Source: Nitrospirota bacterium
GTDB taxonomy: Bacteria > Nitrospirota > UBA9217
Length of the DNA stretch: 15,540 bases
NCBI GenBank assembly: GCA_963741205.1
Contig: CAVUHW010000049.1
Coordinates: 1-15,540, forward strand
Reading direction: 5' to 3'
Shown here: in pieces, positions 10,729-15,540 of the stretch
Position numbering within the stretch: position 1 is the first letter of the stretch
Layout: the number at the start of each line of letters is the position of its first letter
Translations under genes and position numbers: made by a program
Notes under the pieces: generated by a model
The model's input: the letters and a program-made list of their open reading frames with translations, nothing else
The model's database searches: none
Told to the model about the DNA's origin: nothing

Positions 10729-11937
10729 TTATTCTTCCAGAAGGCTGCCCATCAACTCCATGATATCGGTGATTCGTATCTGTTTATCATGACCCAGCAT
10801 CGCTTCATTAACCTGGGCATAACAGGCGGGACAGCTCAAAATAAGCCTGTCCGCTTTCTTTGCGACGGCCTCATCGATCGTCAGCCTTCCCATCGCATTT
10901 GCGTTCTCGGCAAAGACCTTTCTTGCAGCGCCGCCCGCTCCGCAGCACCGGGAAGAGACGCCGTGGCTCGCGAACTCAAGCAGCTTGACCCCGGGAATGC
11001 TCCTGAGTACGGCCCTCGGCTCTTCGATCACGCCCACGCCCCTGCTCAGGTAGCAGGGATCATGATAAATCAGACGTTCCTGCAATTGCTTTTTGATCTT
11101 CAGTTTCCCGTTCTTCAGCGCCTCGACAACGAACTGCGTGATGTGCCTTATCTTGAACGGGAGTTCCTTGCCGTAAAACAGCGGCCAGTCGTGCGACATG
11201 ATGTTAACGCAGCAGGGACAGGAGCAGAGAAGCACCTTTACATGCTTTGCCTTGTAGGCGCTGACTAGCCTCTTGGTCAAGTCTTCGAGCATATCGTGTT
11301 GTCCCGTGATAAAAAGAGGGAATCCGCAGCATACCTCCTCCTCGGCGGAAAGCATCGTGAAAGGCTCGCCGATCGCGTTCAGAACCTGGACGTCTCCTCT
11401 CACCATGGGCTGAGCGGAGTAGGCGCCGGTACACCCTGCATAGTAGGCGATATCCGCGGTTTCGGCGAGCTTCGTTTTTTCCGGAAGCCACAGGCTGAAA
11501 CGCTCAGCAGCGGGTTTGTCATAGGGGTTTCCCGTTTCCCCGATCATGCCCGGTGTTTTGGCCTGCCCGCCGATGGGACCCAGCCCACGTTTGACCATTT
11601 CCTTTCTCATCATGGGCCAGAGCCTCTGCGTAAAGATGCCGACGGTGCAGTTTTGACCGCAGGCCCCGCACGTGGTGCATTCGAAGACAGCCTTGGTGAA
11701 CTCTTCGAGCAGCTTACGGTCGATTGCCCGCGGCCCGAAAAGCTTCGCTTTGAGTCCTTCGGTTGCGCGAATGAACTCCTTGAAGGTCCGTATCTTCTCC
11801 GGCGGTGAAATCGCGGGCCTTCCGGTAACGTCCTGTACGGGACAATGCTTGAGACACTCGCCACATTGTGTGCACGCATCCAGCTCAAGGAGCTGTTGCG
11901 ATGAGAGATTTCCGGTAAAACAATCCTTATTTTTCAT
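10729..11937 (-). CDS. HdrD/GlpC-like Fe-S oxidoreductase (two 4Fe-4S motifs plus two CCG domains)
   Basis: CTQCGECLKHCP and CTTCGACGQNC; YYAGCT..VCCGFP..CPCC; YHDPCYL..RCCGAGG..CPAC. Confidence 0.9.
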   Translation of the reverse strand: MKNKDCFTGNLSSQQLLELDACTQCGECLKHCPVQDVTGRPAISPPEKIRTFKEFIRATEGLKAKLFGPRAIDRKLLEEFTKAVFECTTCGACGQNCTVGIFTQRLWPMMRKEMVKRGLGPIGGQAKTPGMIGETGNPYDKPAAERFSLWLPEKTKLAETADIAYYAGCTGAYSAQPMVRGDVQVLNAIGEPFTMLSAEEEVCCGFPLFITGQHDMLEDLTKRLVSAYKAKHVKVLLCSCPCCVNIMSHDWPLFYGKELPFKIRHITQFVVEALKNGKLKIKKQLQERLIYHDPCYLSRGVGVIEEPRAVLRSIPGVKLLEFASHGVSSRCCGAGGAARKVFAENANAMGRLTIDEAVAKKADRLILSCPACYAQVNEAMLGHDKQIRITDIMELMGSLLEE

Positions 11938-12008
11938 GCCTCATCCATTTCAATACTTTCGCTGTCCCCCCCGGCCGGTACAATTAGGTCACGGCTACAC
12001 GTCTCACC

Positions 12009-12278
12009 TCACGTTCTCCTTCGAACAACCAGCCCTGAAGCAAGGTCGTTGGCTATTCCATAATAAACATTCGAGCCTTCTCTTCTCGTCCTGAGAATAC
12101 GCTCCATGCGCATGAGAGTCAGATGCTGGGACGCATTCGCCTTTGGAACTCCGAGCTTCTCGGTAATCTCGCCCGAGGTAAGTTCGCCCGATCTCAGCAG
12201 GCAGAGTATCTCAAGCCGTTTGGGGTTGGAAAATATCTTGCAAAAATCGACGTGCAGCTTCAGTATCTCTTTTTTCAT
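12009..12278 (-). CDS. ArsR/SmtB-family regulator (HlyU/BigR-like), atypical C-terminus
   Basis: ATG overlaps the sqr stop (ATGA); FCKIFSNPKRLEILCLL, KANASQHLTLMR and RREGSNVYY. Confidence 0.85.
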   Translation of the reverse strand: MKKEILKLHVDFCKIFSNPKRLEILCLLRSGELTSGEITEKLGVPKANASQHLTLMRMERILRTRREGSNVYYGIANDLASGLVVRRRT

Positions 12279-13465
12279 GGCAGATTGCTGAGCCCCCTTT
12301 TCATCTTCCACAAGAAATATTTTTCGAACCCGACCTTCATCCATTTCGCCCAGACTGCCTTCTTCATGTAGGAGCTCTGCCTCGGCGGAAGCACGGGATA
12401 GGCCTTCATCAAGGCGGCCGTATTCCCCATGTCCATGAGGCAGACCACACCGAGCTCGTCCGCAGAGGGCGGGGTCTTGCCGGTAATATCCGAGGCGATG
12501 GTCGCGGCAGCGGTCTTCGCCATCTTGACCGTCATGAATCCGGTCTTGGGCACTCCCGTCGGCACCGGCGTCGGCTCCGGCGGCGCTATCGCCATCGCGA
12601 CACCGATCGCAAAAATATTTTTATGTTTCGTGTGGCGGTAATTTTTATCCACGGGATGAAGCCTCTCGGATTTCCGAGCGGCATGACGGCGGGCACGCCC
12701 TTAAAGGGCGGGGCGATCATGGCGAGCTTGAAGGGGATTTTATTCCCGTCCTTGAGCCGTATCTCTCCGGGAGCAACCTCCTGAATGGCCTGGCTCACGA
12801 GCGGCTTGATGTCCCTTTCAGCGAACTCATGCTCCATGAAGGTCTTGGAATTGCCGAGTCCGCCCACACCCATGTGACCGAGATAGGGCTCCGAAGTGAG
12901 ATAAAAGATGGGGACTTTATGCCGCATCTTCCGCCGCCGAAGTTCCGCGTCCATCTCGAAAGCAAGCTCATAGGAGGGGCCAAAGCAGCTCACCATCTGT
13001 GATGATCCGATGACTATCGGACCTGGATTTTCGAGAACTTGCTTCCATGTTTCCCCGGTCTTCATCGCATGGTCGAGCGTGAAGGTGCAGGACGTGTATC
13101 CTTTGTCCGGTCCGAGGCCGGGGATTTCGTCAAAGGAAAGATGAGGGCCGGTCGATATGACAAGATAATCATAGGGAAGTTCCCTCCCACGTGGAAGTGA
13201 TGACCTTCGATCCGGCGGCATCGATCTGCTTTGCAGCATCGTGGACAAATTCGATTCCCTTTCGGCCTCAGGATCTCGCTTACCTTAAGCGTGATGTCCT
13301 CAGGTTTGCGCCAGCCCATAATGAGCCATGGCAGGGACGGAAGGAACACGAACCGGTCGTCGTCACTCACGACAGTCACGTCGCCCTTGCCCCGAGCAGC
13401 CGTTTTAGCTCAAAAGCCGCCGTCAACCCTCCGAACGAACCCCCCAATACCACGATCCTTGACAT
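12275..13465 (-). CDS. sqr: Sulfide:quinone oxidoreductase (Aquifex-like, type I/IV); about four frameshifts (~13388, ~13255, ~13190, ~12652)
   Basis: RBS GGAGG; MSRIVVLGGSFGG FAD motif, FLPSLPW, YDYLVISTG, VSCFGPSYE, TSEPYLGHMGVGG, VPTGVPKTG, VCLMDMG and FEKYFLWK. Confidence 0.9.
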
Positions 13466-13515
13466 ATGTATCCTCCCCAGGATATTGCTACGCATGACTG
13501 ACTTCCAAGGAACGA

Positions 13516-13797
13516 CTAAAACATCCCTGCCACCTTCTCGCCGCCCGTGATAATATCCGTCAGTTTGTCATAGTCGATGACCTTGACCCGTTCATCCAGC
13601 TCGGAATCCTTGAGGCCCCGGAGCTTCTTGTCGTCATCGAGCACATACACCGCGCCGGGGAAAGCACCCAGCCGTTCCTTCTGCGAGAACAAGACCCCGT
13701 TTTGCAGCAGGACAAGATCGGCCCCGCCTTCCTTTGCGAGGGACAACCCGATTGATCCATCAGTCGTATCAGGTGCGCTCTTTATGATCACCACCAT
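13516..13797 (-). CDS. dsrH: DsrH/TusB-family sulfur relay subunit
   Basis: 93 aa; LVLLQNGV, YVLDDDKKLRGL and IDYDKLTD; third gene of a dsrEFH-like triplet. Confidence 0.8.
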   Translation of the reverse strand: MVVIIKSAPDTTDGSIGLSLAKEGGADLVLLQNGVLFSQKERLGAFPGAVYVLDDDKKLRGLKDSELDERVKVIDYDKLTDIITGGEKVAGMF

Positions 13798-13808
13798 GGT
13801 TATCTCCT

Positions 13809-14162
13809 TTAAAAGATCATCGTCGTATCGGTTTTGGCGATAATATCAGCGATCTCCGCTCCGCTTGAAATCGTTACACCCTCGATAAGACTGTCCTTGC
13901 TGACCTGTTCCCGTTTTAATGACGCGTCATCGGCATACACCGTCACGCCCATATCGATGCAGTCCTGAATACCCTCTGCTGCATTCAGATATTCGGTCTG
14001 TGACGCGTCCTGTCCCTTTCTGGCCGCATGCACTCCGCCGCCTAAGAGCAGCAGCTTGACCTCCATCTCGTCGGTCACCCCTCCGAGCGCATGGCGGAGC
14101 GCTTCCGAGGCATCGACCGTGCCGTAGGGAGGCCTTCGTAAGATTATGCTTATGCTTCCCAT
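13809..14162 (-). CDS. dsrF: DsrF/TusC-family sulfur relay subunit
   Basis: ILRRPPYGT, EALRHAL, GGVHAARKGQ and VYADDASLK (no Cys at the DsrE active position). Confidence 0.8.
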   Translation of the reverse strand: MGSISIILRRPPYGTVDASEALRHALGGVTDEMEVKLLLLGGGVHAARKGQDASQTEYLNAAEGIQDCIDMGVTVYADDASLKREQVSKDSLIEGVTISSGAEIADIIAKTDTTMIF

Positions 14163-14172
14163 GGTAGCCCCC

Positions 14173-14517
14173 TTATATGCCGAAATTGAGAAACACGGGT
14201 TTCGTCTTCACGACATTGTACAGTCCCTTGAGCGAACTCATCTCGCCACCCTCAATTGAATCGTCAGCCGCAAGACCGCGGCTTTTCATGCACCCTGTTC
14301 AGATGTCAACCTTGAGGCCTTTACCCACAAGATCCACCAGCATGGAGAGCGCCTGCGGGACCTGTCCCTTTACAATGGAGAAAACACCGTCACCCGAGGC
14401 AATAAGTCTCGCCTTGTGCCCTTTCTTCAAAGCAGATTCCGCCATCTTGAAGATCGTATGCGTATTCTCAAAGCTGTAAGGAGTCGTGGAAAGAAACATC
14501 ACAATCTCTTTTTGCAT
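14173..14517 (-). CDS. dsrE: DsrE/TusD-family selenoprotein, 114 aa, Sec73 in a UTGC (UxxC) motif
   Basis: RBS AAGGAGG (14529-14523); TTPYSFEN and SGDGV; in-frame TGA at 14301-14299 reads through as KVDI-U-TGCMKSRGLAADDSIEGGEMSSLKGLYNVVKTKPVFLNFGI to TAA 14175-14173, completing the DsrE fold; SECIS-like hairpin follows. Confidence 0.88.
14266..14283 (-). promoter_or_regulatory. Bacterial SECIS-like hairpin of dsrE
   Basis: mRNA AGCCGC-GGUCUU-GCGGCU; G-initiated loop begins 21 nt after the UGA. Confidence 0.8.
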
Positions 14518-14642
14518 ATCTGCCTCCTTTCTTTGATCGGCGAAGTGCCGGTTTCAGGAACGCTCATGAAACGTCAGTTCGGGATGGCAAGCAGTATCTG
14601 TTCGTGATAGATCGGGGAAGCGATCGGATCGATATTGTTTCC

Positions 14643-14720
14643 CTATAGATCGCTGTCACTCATGATCGCCGTCTTGAGCGCCTGCTGAGAAACCGTATCA
14701 TTCATGGCGATATGATACGG
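14643..14720 (-). pseudogene. Diverged duplicate of the 3' end of the upstream thioredoxin-like gene (or an in-frame read-through extension)
   Basis: IAMNDTVSQQALKTAIMSDSDL* versus IATKCNITYEALKAAIQSDSQ* immediately upstream. Confidence 0.55.
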
Positions 14721-14980
14721 TCATTGGCTGTCGCTCTGGATCGCTGCTTTCAATGCCTCATAAGTAATGTTGCATTTTGTCGCTATACACTTACCATTCA
14801 CGAACAACCGAGGGACAGGGCAGTTTGTCTTTAGGGCTGCCATATTCCTGAGAGGTTTTTTTGATCACGACAAGTTCAGCGTTGAATTCCTTTTCCGCCC
14901 ACCGGGCGGCTTCAAGAATTGGACATTCACCACTTTCCCATGGGATCATTGATATACAGAGTAATTATAGGTTTTTTCAT
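14721..14980 (-). CDS. Uncalled small thioredoxin-fold-like putative selenoprotein (~85 aa, Sec18); two single-base frameshifts
   Basis: RBS AAGGAG; ATG 14980 overlaps the ArsR stop (TGATG); MKKPIITLYINDPMGKW-TGA(14929-14927)-MS/LEAARWAEKEFNAELVVIKKTSQEYGSPKDKLPCPSVV/VNGKCIATKCNITYEALKAAIQSDSQ*; SECIS-like hairpin follows. Confidence 0.65.
14885..14920 (-). promoter_or_regulatory. Bacterial SECIS-like hairpin of the thioredoxin-like gene
   Basis: Upper stem CCGCCC-GGU-GGGCGG (14909-14895); lower stem AAUUCUU/AGGAAUU; loop starts 23 nt after the UGA. Confidence 0.62.
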
Positions 14981-15324
14981 CAGTCTGTCTCCTTTCGCCC
15001 GGATAGGATTCCTTTTTTCGTCACCGGACAGCAGGCCGGCGCGGGAATATCTTCTTCATATTCTTTTTTAAAAAGTTCGAGCAGGTCGGGGATCAGGGGT
15101 TCTTTAAGGAAGTAGCATTTGAGTCGTGCCATCAACGAAGAAGTCGATGATCTGGTCGACCGGAGAAGCGTCAAATGCTGGGAAACGTTCGGCTGGCTGA
15201 TGTCGAGTGTATCCTCGAAGTCGCTTACGCATTTAACACCCTGAGTAAGGTCTTCGAGAATCTTGATGCGTATTGGGTGGGCGATGATTCTTAGAAGATC
15301 GACTCTCTTCTCTAAGGGGATCAT
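14980..15324 (-). CDS. ArsR/SmtB-family regulator with C-terminal PACCP motif (compensating indels ~15160-15128)
   Basis: RBS GGAG before ATG 15324; LRIIAHPIRIKIL, CVSDF and ISQPNVSQHLTLLR; an alternative frame gives QIIDFFVDG before RLKCYFL. Confidence 0.88.
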   Translation of the reverse strand: MIPLEKRVDLLRIIAHPIRIKILEDLTQGVKCVSDFEDTLDISQPNVSQHLTLLRSTRSSTSSLMARLKCYFLKEPLIPDLLELFKKEYEEDIPAPACCPVTKKGILSGRKETD

Positions 15325-15360
15325 GATTGAGGTTTCTCCTTGTTTGAGCCGGCGAATCAA

Positions 15361-15408
15361 AACATATAAATATATGCGAATGTTATTATATTATTTTGTT
15401 AATGTCAA
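15361..15408 (-). promoter_or_regulatory. Sigma70 promoter with overlapping ArsR-type operator
   Basis: TTGACA (15408-15403), 17-nt spacer, TAACAT (15385-15380); palindromes AACAT-N14-ATGTT (15361-15384) and CATATA-AA-TATATG (15363-15376). Confidence 0.6.
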
Positions 15409-15540
15409 GCTATTTGATTAGGACGGAAATATTCCAGGGAGTGTTATGAGGGGAAGTGTCATGAAAACAACGGTATCAACATAAACAGGTTGATAATTGC
15501 ATCGTTGCTGAAAATGGAAGCTCGTTTGCTACAGGATGAT

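Noticed and set aside
10789-12094. Plus-strand ORFs over the HdrD-like gene
   Set aside because: Antisense shadows with no recognisable motifs
13516-14517. Triplet as canonical rDsr dsrEFH or tRNA-thiolation tusDCB
   Set aside because: No dsrAB, dsrC/tusE, tusA or mnmA nearby; gene symbols are used for family membership only
1-15540. CRISPR array, tRNA (including tRNA-Sec), rRNA, intact transposase or integrase
   Set aside because: No regularly spaced repeats, cloverleaf or recombinase motifs seen by eye

Overview
Bacterial accessory redox/stress region. It is probably from a selenocysteine-using Nitrospirota- or Desulfobacterota-like organism (inference). Many genes carry single-base indels that look like long-read errors. 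Left to right: the 3' end of a class A beta-lactamase-like serine hydrolase, an exported HMA-like protein, exported MsrAB, an exported YcaC-like hydrolase, a Tat-signal amidohydrolase, pirin, a convergent ABM plus second YcaC pair, a cytochrome P460 (heme motif reads CxxCQ) and a DHFR/RibD-C protein. The main result is the minus-strand operon at 15324->10729: ArsR(CC tail), small thioredoxin-like protein, DsrE, DsrF, DsrH, SQR, a second ArsR and an HdrD-like Fe-S protein. The ORF track misses two in-frame UGA codons there, each followed by a SECIS-like hairpin. One makes DsrE a UxxC selenoprotein with Sec at the catalytic sulfur-carrier position. The other lies in an uncalled ~85-aa thioredoxin-like gene. 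Together they suggest a selenoprotein-based sulfur (or selenium) relay coupled to sulfide:quinone oxidoreductase.
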